NCBI GenBank assembly: GCA_028288925.1
Contig: JAQGHG010000003.1
Location: forward strand, 30,500-94,499
Length of the DNA stretch: 64,000 bases
Reading direction: 5' to 3'
From: Patescibacteria group bacterium
GTDB taxonomy: Bacteria; Patescibacteriota; Saccharimonadia; UBA4664
Positions 45,947 through 58,036 of this stretch are shown here, piece by piece (within the stretch, counting starts at the first letter, position 1; each line of letters opens with the position of its first letter). The position numbers and the translations under genes are program-made. The notes beneath the pieces were generated by a model that was not told the origin of the DNA, made no database searches, and saw only the letters and a list, made by a program, of their open reading frames with translations.

Positions 45947-47432
45947 TAATCCCAAATTCGCCAAACTCGTCGCCGACGGCCGCCCTACCGGCGAAGTCAT
46001 CGGCATCGACCGCTTCCTCGTGACCATCCAGGGCCTCGGCGAGGTAGCTATAAATGCCCTTATTTACTTCGCCAACGGCCACCAAGGTCTCGTTCGCGAA
46101 GTCCGCGAAGACACCGTAATGGTGCTCAACATGACCGCCGAATCCATCGCCCTCGGCACCCTGGCTGTCCTGGAGGCCGAAGAACTTGTGACCGGAGTGG
46201 GGGAGAACGTCATTGGCCGTGTCTTTAGCGTTACCGGCACGCCGCTTGACGGCAAAGGCCCCATTACTTTTTCCCGCTACGATCCGGTATTCAAGGTGGC
46301 CCCCGGCATCATCGAGCGCCAAATGCTCACCGACCCGCTCACCACCGGCGTCGCCATCGCCGACCAGCTCTTTCCGCTCGTCAAAGGCCAGCGCATCGCC
46401 ATTCTGGGCGACAACAAAGTGGGGAAGTCGGCCTTCACTATGCAGCTTACCCTTGCCCAAAAAGACACCGGCCGCATTGTCATCCATGTGCTCATCGCCA
46501 AGCGCAAAGCCGATGTCGACCGCCTTATCACCAAGCTCAATGAGACCGGCGCCATCGCCTACACGGTAGTCATCGTGGCCTCGGTCTTCGACTCGCTCAC
46601 GCAGTCGTATCTGGCGCCGTACATTGGAGCTACCGTCGCCGAGTACCTCTGGCATGGCGGCAAAGATGGCATCATCATCTACGACGACCTCTCCAACCAC
46701 GCCAAGGTCTACCGCGAACTTTCGCTCTTGCTCAAAGTCAGCCCCGGCCGCGCCTCCTATCCCGGCGACATGTTCTACGCCCACTCCAGCCTGCTCGAAC
46801 GCGCCGGCCGGCTGGCCGAAAACGGCGCCACCTTGGCCGCTATTCCCGTGGTGCTCACTCCTAACAACGACATTACCGCGCCGCTCCCCACCGCCATTAT
46901 GTCCATCACCGACGGCCAGCTCATCTTCGACACGGAGGCTTTCCGCGCCGGCATTCGTCCGGCCGTGTCAGTCGGCTTGTCGGTCTCCCGCGTGGGTGGT
47001 GTGGGGCAAAATAAGCGCCAAAAACAGCTCACAGCCTCGCTCTTCAAAAAGCTGGCCGCTTACCGCCAAGCCGCCGAATTCTCACACTTCGGCTCCGAGC
47101 TCGCCCTCGAATCCAAGGCCGACCTGGAGCTCGGCAAAAAGATTTACGAAGCCGTCAAACAGCCGCCCGACACCATTTACACCGCCAACGAGCAAGACCT
47201 CATCCTGGGCACGGTCATGAAGACCGAGGGCAAAATTACCATCAACATCGACAGTCTCAAGCGCAAGGCCAAAGAAGTAGCGCCCACTATGACCGCCGAA
47301 TCCGACTGGGAGGCCGCTATTAACAAACTTCTCTCCGAAGTCACTGTCCAGGCGCCCGCCGCCCCCGCTCCGACGCCTGCCGCATCGGCCGCCCCTCCGG
47401 CGCCCGCCCAAAACGACAAATCGAAAAAATAA
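45939..47432 (+). CDS. atpA: F-type ATP synthase alpha subunit with a Pro/Ala-rich C-terminal extension.
   Basis: Divergent P-loop GDNKVGKS, alpha-like length, position in the operon. C-terminal tail QAPAAPAPTPAASAAPPAPAQ. Confidence 0.8.
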   Translation: MFDNPKFAKLVADGRPTGEVIGIDRFLVTIQGLGEVAINALIYFANGHQGLVREVREDTVMVLNMTAESIALGTLAVLEAEELVTGVGENVIGRVFSVTGTPLDGKGPITFSRYDPVFKVAPGIIERQMLTDPLTTGVAIADQLFPLVKGQRIAILGDNKVGKSAFTMQLTLAQKDTGRIVIHVLIAKRKADVDRLITKLNETGAIAYTVVIVASVFDSLTQSYLAPYIGATVAEYLWHGGKDGIIIYDDLSNHAKVYRELSLLLKVSPGRASYPGDMFYAHSSLLERAGRLAENGATLAAIPVVLTPNNDITAPLPTAIMSITDGQLIFDTEAFRAGIRPAVSVGLSVSRVGGVGQNKRQKQLTASLFKKLAAYRQAAEFSHFGSELALESKADLELGKKIYEAVKQPPDTIYTANEQDLILGTVMKTEGKITINIDSLKRKAKEVAPTMTAESDWEAAINKLLSEVTVQAPAAPAPTPAASAAPPAPAQNDKSKK

Positions 47433-47483
47433 CCGATGTATAATCATAAGTAATATCGCCAACGAGAAAAGTAAGGTCATCCT

Positions 47484-48350
47484 ATGAGCAGCAGCTCACT
47501 CGGCATTGAACAAGAAGCCAGCCAGGTCGGTACCGTCACCGAGCTTACCGGCATATTCGAATCTATCGCGTCGATGCGTATCGGCAAGATTAAAGACCGC
47601 GTCACCAGGAGCCAGACCTTCTTTGCTGAGCTCTGGAAGATCTATAGCCAGTTGCGCATCGACCCAAACGAGCGCCTCACCGGCAAAAACGGCCCCAAGC
47701 GCGACAAACCCAATGTCTTCCTGGTGCTTACCTCCGAGGGCGGTCTCTCCGGCGACATCGACGCCCGCATTGTCCGTACCGTCATGGAAAGCTTCGATCC
47801 CAAGACCACCGACCTCATCGTCATTGGCGCGCACGGTGCCACCCAATTTGTACAGCAGCACGCGCACATCAAGCGCTACTTCCGTCTGCCCGACCTCGAC
47901 CAGGCCATCGATGTTTCACCGATCGTCGATGAACTCATCGGCTACAAGCAGCCCACCGTCTGGTTCCAGCGCTACATCTCGCTCTCGGTGCAAGAGGTCG
48001 GCCGCATCGACCTGCTCGGCCGCGTGCGCTCACTCGGCACCGGCTCGGCCGGTTCCAAAGCCGACGAGGGCGAAATCATCAGCCCCCGCGAATACCTCTT
48101 CGAGCCCAGCGTCGACGACGTCGTGCGCTACCTCGAATCCGTCATGATGGAAATCGCCCTCTCGCAGGTCATCCTCGAATCCCGACTAGCTCAGTACGCC
48201 TCACGCTTCACCGCCATGTCCGCGGCCAAGAAACGCGCGCGTGAGCTGCAAATCAGCCTTGTCATGGCCTTCAACCGCGCCAAACGCGGCGAGGCCGACG
48301 ACCGCATCAAAGAAATCGTTAATGCCATGAATGCCTTAAACCCAAGTTAG
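47484..48350 (+). CDS. atpG: F-type ATP synthase gamma subunit.
   Basis: C-terminal IKEIVNAMNAL resembles the gamma C-terminus. Length 288 aa. Confidence 0.8.
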   Translation: MSSSSLGIEQEASQVGTVTELTGIFESIASMRIGKIKDRVTRSQTFFAELWKIYSQLRIDPNERLTGKNGPKRDKPNVFLVLTSEGGLSGDIDARIVRTVMESFDPKTTDLIVIGAHGATQFVQQHAHIKRYFRLPDLDQAIDVSPIVDELIGYKQPTVWFQRYISLSVQEVGRIDLLGRVRSLGTGSAGSKADEGEIISPREYLFEPSVDDVVRYLESVMMEIALSQVILESRLAQYASRFTAMSAAKKRARELQISLVMAFNRAKRGEADDRIKEIVNAMNALNPS

Positions 48351-48355
48351 AATAA

Positions 48356-49852
<1,497 letters not shown>

Positions 49853-49917
49853 TGCTAGTACAGGATACAGGTAGGGAGTGGTGAATTCTCGGACCCAAAG
49901 CAGAGGGGGAGATACGC

Positions 49918-50229
49918 ATGGCGCTTAGCCAAGGCGGCACCTACCAAGCCGCCCAATCTGCCCAATCCGGCGGCCCCGCCGCCAAAAACCGCTTCAAGGT
50001 GCGCATCCTCAGCCCTTACCAAACGTACTATCAGGGCGAAGCGGTGAGCCTCAGCGCCACCAACCGCACCGGCCCTTTCGACATCCTGGCCGGCCACATC
50101 AACTTCTTCTCGCTCCTCACCGGCGGCACCGTGGTGCTCAACACCGGCTTTCAACGCCTCGAATTCGAAATCGGCCGCGGTGTCATCCGCGTCAACCACG
50201 ACGAAGTTACGCTCTTCGCCGACGTTTAG
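49918..50229 (+). CDS. atpC: F-type ATP synthase epsilon subunit.
   Basis: Beta-sandwich pattern (VRILSPYQTYYQGEAVSLSATNRTGPFDILAGH). A perfect palindrome AAAACGCGTTTT (50238-50249) follows the stop. Confidence 0.7.
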   Translation: MALSQGGTYQAAQSAQSGGPAAKNRFKVRILSPYQTYYQGEAVSLSATNRTGPFDILAGHINFFSLLTGGTVVLNTGFQRLEFEIGRGVIRVNHDEVTLFADV

Positions 50230-50332
50230 CCGTTTAAAAAACGCGTTTTACCCTCACAACACACCTACGCCAAAAACCCTGCCTAAACCCGAGCATTCGC
50301 TCGAAATTATGCCTAGGTTAAGATTAAAAGTC

Positions 50333-50362
50333 GTTGACAGCAGATACAGCATAAGCATAATA
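50333..50362 (+). promoter_or_regulatory. Sigma70-like promoter, TTGACA-N18-TAATAC.
   Basis: In the AT-rich gap downstream of atpC, ahead of the small ORF at 50393. Confidence 0.45.
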
Positions 50363-50392
50363 CAGGGTAAGAACATTAAAACAGGAATCCAT

Positions 50393-50632
50393 ATGGCTTA
50401 TTCCAAGACCAATTCTAAAGGGCAGGTGTATTACTTACACATGAAAGACGTAACTCTCAAAGGCGGCCGCCTCCAGCGCATCTATTTCTTTGCCCGCGAC
50501 GTACGCGAAGGCGCCGTCGAAGCTCTGCCGGCCGGCTACATTGAAGTGGAAAATCCCCGCACCGGGCTCTTAGTCCTCAAAAAAGAGGTCAATCAGGCTC
50601 CCGCCAAGCAGTCCGATGGTGTAGCCGCCTAG
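50393..50632 (+). CDS. Small hypothetical protein (79 aa).
   Basis: ATG 50393 with an AGGA SD, own promoter and a downstream terminator. Confidence 0.45.
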   Translation: MAYSKTNSKGQVYYLHMKDVTLKGGRLQRIYFFARDVREGAVEALPAGYIEVENPRTGLLVLKKEVNQAPAKQSDGVAA

Positions 50633-50654
50633 TCCGCTCGAACCAAACTCAAAA

Positions 50655-50681
50655 AGACCCATCGCTTAAACGGGTCTTTTT
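50655..50681. terminator. Bidirectional intrinsic terminator (AAAAAG AGACCC ... GGGTCT TTTTT).
   Basis: 6-bp stem with an 11-nt loop, flanked by an A-run and a T-run. Confidence 0.7.
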
Positions 50682-50733
50682 GCTAATGCTCTATTGTGAG
50701 CAATTACTCACCCGTGATAAGCTAAAATCCACT

Positions 50734-51495
50734 ATGGCACAAGCACTACTCGAAGTTAATGATCTCCGCAAAACCTACGCCGGCGGCTTTGAAGCCGTCA
50801 AAGGCGTCAGTTTCTCCGTCAAAAAAGGCGAAGTCTTCGGCATCCTCGGCCCCAACGGCGCCGGCAAAACCACCACGCTCGAAATGATCGAAGGCATGCG
50901 CCCCATCACCAGCGGCACCGCCATCCTCGACGGCATCGATGTCCAAAAGGACACCTACGCCGTCAAAGAACGCATCGGCATCCAGCTCCAGAGCTCGTCA
51001 TTCTTCCAAAATCTCAACCTGCTCGAGCTGCTCAAACTCTTCAACGACCTCTACCTAGAATCCGCCGACCCCATGACCCTCCTCAAAGAAGTCGGTCTCG
51101 AAGAAAAAGCCAAGGCGCAGGTCAAAGAGCTCTCCGGCGGCCAAAAGCAGCGCTTCAGCATCGCCACCACGCTCGTCAACAACCCCGTCGCCATCTTCCT
51201 GGACGAGCCCACCACCGGCCTTGATCCGCAGGCTCGCCGCAACCTCTGGGACCTCGTGCAGCAGATCCAAAAGAAGGGGACCACCGTCATCATCACCACC
51301 CATTACATGGAAGAGGCCCAAATCCTCTGCGACCGCGTAGCCATCATGGACGAGGGTAAAATTATCGCCCTCGACACCCCCGACCAACTCATCCAGGCGC
51401 TGCTCAAGCGCGGCTTCAAGCCCCAGACCAAAGTCGCCCCGGCCACCCTCGAGGACGTCTTCATCGACCTCACCGGAAAGGACCTCAGGGACTAA
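50734..51495 (+). CDS. ABC transporter ATP-binding protein (ABC-2 type).
   Basis: Walker A GPNGAGKTT, signature LSGGQKQRFSIA, Walker B IFLDEPTTGLD. Confidence 0.9.
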   Translation: MAQALLEVNDLRKTYAGGFEAVKGVSFSVKKGEVFGILGPNGAGKTTTLEMIEGMRPITSGTAILDGIDVQKDTYAVKERIGIQLQSSSFFQNLNLLELLKLFNDLYLESADPMTLLKEVGLEEKAKAQVKELSGGQKQRFSIATTLVNNPVAIFLDEPTTGLDPQARRNLWDLVQQIQKKGTTVIITTHYMEEAQILCDRVAIMDEGKIIALDTPDQLIQALLKRGFKPQTKVAPATLEDVFIDLTGKDLRD

Positions 51496-51498
51496 ATC

Positions 51499-52599
51499 AT
51501 GAAGCGCATCCTCACCTCGCTCTGGAGCCTCACCGTCGCGTCTACCAAAATGTACTTCCGCAACAAAGCGGCCGTCTTCTTCACCATGTTCATCCCGCTG
51601 GCCTTCATCGGCATCTTCGGCCTCCTGAGCCAGAGCGGCAATAGTAAGCTCACACTGGACATCACGAACCAATCCAAGACTCCGCTCTCGCGCGGCGTCG
51701 TCGATGCCCTTAAGAAGATCGACGCCTTCAAGATCAAGGAAGTCGCGCAATCCGAGGCCTCCGACCAGCTCAACAAGGGCAAAATCGACCTGCAAATCGT
51801 TATCCCGCCGGAATTCGGCCAGACCGGCGCCGACGGCCGCCCGCGACCTAGTGATCTCAAAACCTTCTACAACAAAGCCAAACCCCAGAACGGCCAGACC
51901 GCTAACCTCATCCTGGGCCAAGTAGTCTCGGGTCTCAACGCCGGTATCAGCCACACGCCCCAGATCATCGCCCTCAAATCGCAAGGCGTGCAGACCAATA
52001 ACCTCGGCGTCATCGATTTTCTGTTGCCCGGCATCCTCGCCATGAGCATCATGCAGCTCGGTATCTTTAGCGTAGCCTTCGCCTTTGTATCCCTCAAGAC
52101 CACCGGCGCCCTGCGCCGCATCCAGGCCACGCCCACGCACCCCGTCAACTTTGTGATCGCTCAAGCCATCACCCGCCTCATCATCGGTGTCATTCAGGTC
52201 CTGCTGCTCACCGGTCTAGGCATCTGGTTCTTGGACTTCCATCTGCTCGGCAATTTCTTCGAATTCATGTTTGTGGCCCTCCTCGGCGTCATCATCTTCC
52301 TGGCCTTCGGCTTCACCGTCGCCGGCTGGGCCAAGGATGAGAACTCCGCCGCCCCCATCGCCAACCTCTTCACCTTCCCCATGCTCTTCCTGTCCGGCGT
52401 GTTCTTCCCCCGCGACGGCTTCCCCGGCTGGCTCAAGACCATCACCGATTTCTTCCCCCTCACCTACGTCGCCGACGCCCTCCGTGCCATCGCCAACGAA
52501 GGCGCCCACCTCACCCAGATCATGCCCGAGATTCTCGGTATGGTCGTCTGGGGTATCGTCATGTTCGTCGTCGCCGTTCGCGTTTTTCGCTGGGAGTAA
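51499..52599 (+). CDS. ABC-2 family transporter permease.
   Basis: Six predicted TM helices. 4-nt gap from the ATPase gene. Confidence 0.8.
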   Translation: MKRILTSLWSLTVASTKMYFRNKAAVFFTMFIPLAFIGIFGLLSQSGNSKLTLDITNQSKTPLSRGVVDALKKIDAFKIKEVAQSEASDQLNKGKIDLQIVIPPEFGQTGADGRPRPSDLKTFYNKAKPQNGQTANLILGQVVSGLNAGISHTPQIIALKSQGVQTNNLGVIDFLLPGILAMSIMQLGIFSVAFAFVSLKTTGALRRIQATPTHPVNFVIAQAITRLIIGVIQVLLLTGLGIWFLDFHLLGNFFEFMFVALLGVIIFLAFGFTVAGWAKDENSAAPIANLFTFPMLFLSGVFFPRDGFPGWLKTITDFFPLTYVADALRAIANEGAHLTQIMPEILGMVVWGIVMFVVAVRVFRWE

Positions 52600-52663
52600 A
52601 TGCAGGGGTCCTGTCAGCCGCGGAATATTCCTGCGCTGCCACCCGTAGGCTTGGCTGCGCAGC

Positions 52664-53677
52664 TTAGGCGTATTTCTCCAAAATAGCTAAGTTTTGATAA
52701 GCCATCTCGAGGGTGCAAAACCGCGGGTCCAATTGGTTTCGGCGGACGGAATCAATAAAGCCCTTTGCGGCAAACTTCATCGACTTCGTGAGGAGCGAAT
52801 TACCGTACTTAATGTGCCGCAACGGATCATCGACCGCGATCAGCTCAAGCGGCTGGTCATTCGCGAAGCTCGTGCGCAGACCCTGAGTGTCGCTATAGAG
52901 CGCTATGCCCTGGCTGCCGATCACTTCGATCAACAAATCCTTATACCCAAAACAATAGGTGTCACTAAACATATCAATACTGGCGCCCTCTTCGGTAATG
53001 AACTGGGCCGCGAATTGAGACTCCGCATCTACCGGACGGGCGAACCGTGGATCCTGAAACCGCTTTGTTTGGACCGAACCGCCAACAATCTCCGGCATAC
53101 CCAACAAATGCCGCGCGAGATCGATTTGGTGCGTGCCAATGGCGTTCAGCTGCCCGCCGCCATGCTCCCTATAGTTGTACCAGGAGCCTTGATAATCGGG
53201 GCTCGAAAAAAGGTTCAGGTGAGTGCCGATCCGCACGGTCAGAATAGTCCCGAGGAGCCCCTCCTCAATAAGGTTCCTTAGGTACCCAACCACCGGATGA
53301 AACCGCGCCTCATGATTAATCGCGATCAGGCGGGGATAGCCTTTGACGAGCCGTCGCATATCCGCGACATCGGCCGCCGACAAAGCCGCCGGCTTCTCCA
53401 GGAGAATGTGCTTCTTCGCCCGGACAGCAGCTTCAAACATTGCCTTATGCAAGTGGTTTGGCGAGGCAATTACGACCACATCAATCTTGGGGTCGCCAAT
53501 CAGCTCCTGCCATGTCGCGTAAGTGCCGGCCGCGCCTATCTCTCGCGCGATACGTTTCGTCTTCTCAGGGTCGTGTCCGTTGAGATACAGCTTGCAATCC
53601 GGGTCCAACGCCCGCCACACCTGACCAATAACCTTGCCGAACCCCGTACCAATAATGCCAATAGTAAGATTCTTCAT
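52664..53677 (-). CDS. Gfo/Idh/MocA family oxidoreductase.
   Basis: IGIIGTGFG Rossmann motif and the EKP motif (LLEKPAAL). Confidence 0.85.
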   Translation of the reverse strand: MKNLTIGIIGTGFGKVIGQVWRALDPDCKLYLNGHDPEKTKRIAREIGAAGTYATWQELIGDPKIDVVVIASPNHLHKAMFEAAVRAKKHILLEKPAALSAADVADMRRLVKGYPRLIAINHEARFHPVVGYLRNLIEEGLLGTILTVRIGTHLNLFSSPDYQGSWYNYREHGGGQLNAIGTHQIDLARHLLGMPEIVGGSVQTKRFQDPRFARPVDAESQFAAQFITEEGASIDMFSDTYCFGYKDLLIEVIGSQGIALYSDTQGLRTSFANDQPLELIAVDDPLRHIKYGNSLLTKSMKFAAKGFIDSVRRNQLDPRFCTLEMAYQNLAILEKYA

Positions 53678-53928
53678 ACGCCTGATTATACTATGCCCGG
53701 GCTATGGGCTCCGGGGTTAGAACCAAGGGTAGAGGCGCAGGAATACCTCCAGATTGTAAGCCGGCGTGGTTACTGATAGTGGGCACGGCGGAAGAGATGG
53801 TCCACGTTCGTCGGCACAATCAGGAGGTATTCCGCAGCCAAATAGGTAACGGTGTCTCTCAGAATAGCGCTACCCGGCCCTTCATCTGGTAAAGTAAGTG
53901 ATATCACATTCTGCAAAAGGAGCCTGCC

Positions 53929-54576
53929 GTGTCGCGTGAAGCCAAAATCCTAACCGCCATCCTCGTCGTTGTAGCCGGAGGCATGATCGGCCTCTTTGCT
54001 ATCGCCAACAAAAGTCCCGATACCGGCCCCGCCCCGGTCGGAGACAAAACCAAAATCATCCGCGACAATAGTCACAAAGAAGGCACCGGCGCCATCCAGC
54101 TGGTCGAGTTTGGCGACTATCAGTGCCCGGCCTGTGGGGCGGCCTATCCTAACGTTAAGCAGGTCATGAAGGAATACGACGGCAAGGTCACCCTGTACTT
54201 CCGCAACTTCCCGCTCACGCAGATTCACAAAAATGCCATGACGGGCGCCGAAGCCGCCGAAGCCGCCGCCGATCAGGGCAAATTCTGGGAAATGCACGAC
54301 AAACTCTACGAAAAGCAAACCGACTGGAGCGAAGAATCCGATCCCACCACCAAGCTCGCCGGCTACGCCAAAGACCTCGGTCTCGACGTCGACAAGTTCA
54401 AGAAGGCCCTCAGCAACGAGCAATTCAAGAATCTCATCGGCCAAGACACCGCCGATGCCAACGCCCTAAACGTCCAGGCCACTCCTACTTTCTTCATCAA
54501 CGGCACGCAGTACCAGGGCAAGAACGATTACCCCTCGCTCCGCGACGCCATCGAAGCCCAGCTCAGCAAGAAGTAA
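53929..54576 (+). CDS. DsbA-like thioredoxin-fold thiol:disulfide oxidoreductase, membrane-anchored.
   Basis: GTG start with an AAGGAG SD. N-terminal TM helix. CPAC active site (FGDYQCPACGAAYP). Confidence 0.8.
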   Translation: MSREAKILTAILVVVAGGMIGLFAIANKSPDTGPAPVGDKTKIIRDNSHKEGTGAIQLVEFGDYQCPACGAAYPNVKQVMKEYDGKVTLYFRNFPLTQIHKNAMTGAEAAEAAADQGKFWEMHDKLYEKQTDWSEESDPTTKLAGYAKDLGLDVDKFKKALSNEQFKNLIGQDTADANALNVQATPTFFINGTQYQGKNDYPSLRDAIEAQLSKK

Positions 54577-54586
54577 GACCTAGCCT

Positions 54587-55129
54587 CTAAACGTCGAGCA
54601 AGCGCTCGGATTCCCGCACACAAATTTCCCACAGCCCGATATCATTCAGCTTAAATTCGTGCTCCCGGTACGTCAGCGACAGCCACTCGTGAGCCGAATT
54701 ATGCTCAATCACGCAAGTCGCGTCAGCCGATTCCAGCGCCTTTTCTACCTCAGCCAGCTCCGGCACGCCATGAGGCACCACGAAATCCAGGCTATCCGGA
54801 CCGAGGGCGTCTTCGGGCCGGCTCGGCCGCCGCTGCAAAATCTTGATATGCTGAAGCGTATCCAGCGCCAGGGAACGGGGCTTGCGAATGGTAAGAATGG
54901 CCCGCTCGCCGTTCACCGGCGCCATGTGCAGGTAGTCGCCTAGCTCGTACATCCGCTCGGCCGCCTCCAGGGGCGCCACATCGCCCTCCACCTTCCAGCC
55001 CAGGGCGTCGGGTGAGTGCGGACCGATCACCTTCCGCAACTTGGGGGCCTTGGCCAGAAGTTGTTCCCAGACGAGCCAGTAATCGTCGGCCGCCGCCTTA
55101 AACTCGTGGAGGGTGGGGTACGAAGCCAT
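54587..55129 (-). CDS. Hypothetical protein (possibly a VOC/glyoxalase-like fold).
   Basis: ORF only. No confident motif. Confidence 0.4.
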   Translation of the reverse strand: MASYPTLHEFKAAADDYWLVWEQLLAKAPKLRKVIGPHSPDALGWKVEGDVAPLEAAERMYELGDYLHMAPVNGERAILTIRKPRSLALDTLQHIKILQRRPSRPEDALGPDSLDFVVPHGVPELAEVEKALESADATCVIEHNSAHEWLSLTYREHEFKLNDIGLWEICVRESERLLDV

Positions 55130-55764
55130 TACAGCAGCACCTCGCCCCGCTCGGGCTGGCTCAAGCCTCGCGAGCGGATTTCGTAGTGCATGCGGGTGTT
55201 TGGGTCGCCATGCAGGTACAGGACCTTTCGCACCAGTTCGGCGCTATCATGCGCGTCCAGCCGCGAAAACTCCACATCGATACTCTCATCGGCTATCTTA
55301 ATACCCTTCCGCATGAAGCCGTTCAGATGGGGGAGCGCGAACGGTACCTTCTCCGTGGGCTTGCTCCCATCGATACGCTTAGGGCGTTTCGGCGGCTTCT
55401 TGTCGCTCACCATGCCGCCGTCCACCGTCACATGGATCTTGATGGTCTTGTCATCCTCGTCGCTCAAATTGCTCACATAGAGATGGAACGGCAGAAATTC
55501 TTCCTTCAAGCCCTTCTCGTGCTTGTCGAGCTCCCGGCCGTACTCGTCGAGCGCGTGATCGTACCGCTTCCAGTCGATCGGACGGAAAATATTCAAACCG
55601 GGGTACGAGAAAAACGGCCAAATCCGATTGCCCAAAGCCACTAATTGTCGCTTCACAAAGTCTTTCTCGGCCACGATAAAGCGGCGCTCTTTGCCGAGTT
55701 GCAGCTCCGGTGCTGTCTGGAGAGTCACGACGTATTTTGGTTCAGATGATTGCATATTATTCAT
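55129..55764 (-). CDS. Hypothetical protein (211 aa).
   Basis: ORF with a preceding AT-rich promoter region. No recognised domain. Confidence 0.45.
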   Translation of the reverse strand: MNNMQSSEPKYVVTLQTAPELQLGKERRFIVAEKDFVKRQLVALGNRIWPFFSYPGLNIFRPIDWKRYDHALDEYGRELDKHEKGLKEEFLPFHLYVSNLSDEDDKTIKIHVTVDGGMVSDKKPPKRPKRIDGSKPTEKVPFALPHLNGFMRKGIKIADESIDVEFSRLDAHDSAELVRKVLYLHGDPNTRMHYEIRSRGLSQPERGEVLL

Positions 55765-55832
55765 TCTATCAAAATAACTACAAATCAGCTTTACAAATAT
55801 CGAGAGAACAAGGATTATTGCGGAAGAAATAA

Positions 55833-58022
55833 ATGCAATTACTTATCGTATCCAATCGCTTACCGATCAGCGTCACCAAGGCTGGCGGAAAGCTGTCGTT
55901 CAAGCCAAGCCCTGGTGGACTGGCTACCGCTATGTCGTCGCTCGGCAAGGGGTGGAATTATTCCTGGATCGGCTGGCCCGGCATTGCCTCGGACGAGCTC
56001 ACCGCGCAAGACAAACTCCAGATCACACAGGAGCTCCAAGCCCACAATTGCTATCCGGTCTTCCTGACCGCCAAACAAATCGCCAACTTCTACGAAGGTT
56101 ACTCCAACACCACCATTTGGCCGCTGTTCCACTACTTTCAGTCTCTCACCAAATACCGCTCCGGTTTCTGGGAAGAATACCAAAAAGTCGCCAAGCTCTT
56201 TCGCAAAGAAGTCCTCAAGCACGCTACCGAGAAATCCCTCATCTGGGTGCACGATTACCAGCTCATGACCCTGCCGCGTCTGCTGCGGGACGCCCTGCCT
56301 CACAATTTAATCGGGTTCTTCTTACACATTCCCTTCCCATCCTACGAAATCTACCGGCTGCTGCCCGAGCGCAAAGCCGTTCTGGAGGGCCTGCTCGGTG
56401 CCGATCTGGTCGGCTTCCATACCTACGACTACGCCGATCACTTCATGAGCAGCACCCTGCGCATTCTCGGCCGGGACAACAAACTCTCCGGCGTCATCCT
56501 CAAGGACCGCATCGTCCGCGCGGACGTCTTCCCTATTGGCATTGATTATCGTAAGTTTGCCAACGCCCACAAATCCCCGGCGGTCAAAAAAGAAGCCGCC
56601 GCCCTCCGAAACCACTTTGGCTCCCGGCGCATCATCCTCTCGGTCGACCGCCTCGATTACTCCAAGGGCATTCTGGAGCGGCTGGAGGCCTTCGAGCTGT
56701 TCTTGGAGAACAACCCCGGCTATCACAAAAAGATCGTGCTAGTGGTCATCGCGGTGCCTTCTCGCGCCGAGGTCGACGCCTACCGCCAGCTGCGCGAAAA
56801 CACCGAGCAAGCCGTGAGCCGGATCAACGGCAAGTTTGGTTCGGTCGACTGGACGCCCATCTCGTACCAGTACAAGAACCTGCCGTTCGAGCAGCTCGTA
56901 GCGCTCTATGGCGAGGCCGACGTCGCCCTCATCACGCCACTGCGCGACGGCATGAACCTAGTAGCCAAGGAATACATCGCCACCAAGGGGCGCCGCAGCG
57001 GCGTGCTCATCGTCAGCGAGATGGCCGGCGTCGCCGACGAGCTGCCCGAAGCCACGCGGGTGAACCCCAGCGACAAAGTCGGCATCGCCGGAGCCCTAGA
57101 GACGGCTCTCCAGCTCCCTTCGGTCGAGCAAAAACGCCGGCTTCACGTCATGCAGACCCGCCTCTCCAAGTACAACGTCGTGCGCTGGGCCGAGGACTTC
57201 ATCGAGCAGCTCTCCGACACCCAGACCAAAAAAACCGCCCGCGACATCGACACCCTCACACCGCAGATCCAAGAGCAGCTCATCGCCGACTTCCGCAAAG
57301 CCAAGCGCCGGCTCCTCCTGTTTGACTACGACGGCACGCTCACCAACTTTGTCTCCAACCCCCGGCCGGCCTCGGCCAAGCCGTCGCCGGCGCTCCTCGG
57401 GATGCTCACCAAACTCTCCGGCGCGCCCGGCACCAAGCTCGCTATCGTTAGCGGCCGCCCCAAGACGGCGCTCGAAGGGTGGTTTGGCAAACTGCCATTC
57501 TCACTCGTGGCCGAGCATGGCGGCTGGACCAAGGTGGACGGCGCCTGGACACCCGCGGGCACGGCCGCCCAAGATTGGAAAGCCGGCCTGCGCCTGGTAC
57601 TAGAGCAGGCCACCGAGCGTACTCCGGGCGCCCTCATCGAAGAAAAAGATTATTCGCTCGTCTGGCATTATCGCAACGTCACCCCGCACTTGGCCTATGT
57701 CCGCAAAGCCAGCCTCCTACACGATACCCAAAAGCAGCTCAAAAATTCCGAAATCGAAACCTTTGAAGGCAGCAAGACCCTCGAATTCAAACCCCGCGCT
57801 ATCAACAAAAAGACCGCCGCCGCCAAGCTCATCGGCAAGACTAAGTACGACTTCATCCTCTCCATCGGCGACGATAACACCGACGAAGACATGTTCGCGG
57901 CGCTTCCGGAATCGGCCTACACCATCCGGGTCGGCCGGGGCGCTTCGCAGGCCCGCTACCACCTGGCCTCCGTTGAGCAAGTACTAATGCTTGTATCTGA
58001 GCTTTCAGCGGTGTTACCGTGA
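55833..58022 (+). CDS. otsAB: Bifunctional trehalose-6-phosphate synthase / trehalose-6-phosphate phosphatase (OtsA-OtsB fusion).
   Basis: GT20 N-terminus (LIVSNRLP..., WVHDYQLM) and a HAD-type C-terminus (LLLFDYDGTLT, SGRP, GDDNTDEDMF). Confidence 0.9.
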   Translation: MQLLIVSNRLPISVTKAGGKLSFKPSPGGLATAMSSLGKGWNYSWIGWPGIASDELTAQDKLQITQELQAHNCYPVFLTAKQIANFYEGYSNTTIWPLFHYFQSLTKYRSGFWEEYQKVAKLFRKEVLKHATEKSLIWVHDYQLMTLPRLLRDALPHNLIGFFLHIPFPSYEIYRLLPERKAVLEGLLGADLVGFHTYDYADHFMSSTLRILGRDNKLSGVILKDRIVRADVFPIGIDYRKFANAHKSPAVKKEAAALRNHFGSRRIILSVDRLDYSKGILERLEAFELFLENNPGYHKKIVLVVIAVPSRAEVDAYRQLRENTEQAVSRINGKFGSVDWTPISYQYKNLPFEQLVALYGEADVALITPLRDGMNLVAKEYIATKGRRSGVLIVSEMAGVADELPEATRVNPSDKVGIAGALETALQLPSVEQKRRLHVMQTRLSKYNVVRWAEDFIEQLSDTQTKKTARDIDTLTPQIQEQLIADFRKAKRRLLLFDYDGTLTNFVSNPRPASAKPSPALLGMLTKLSGAPGTKLAIVSGRPKTALEGWFGKLPFSLVAEHGGWTKVDGAWTPAGTAAQDWKAGLRLVLEQATERTPGALIEEKDYSLVWHYRNVTPHLAYVRKASLLHDTQKQLKNSEIETFEGSKTLEFKPRAINKKTAAAKLIGKTKYDFILSIGDDNTDEDMFAALPESAYTIRVGRGASQARYHLASVEQVLMLVSELSAVLP

Positions 58023-58036
58023 GCTAACACAAAACG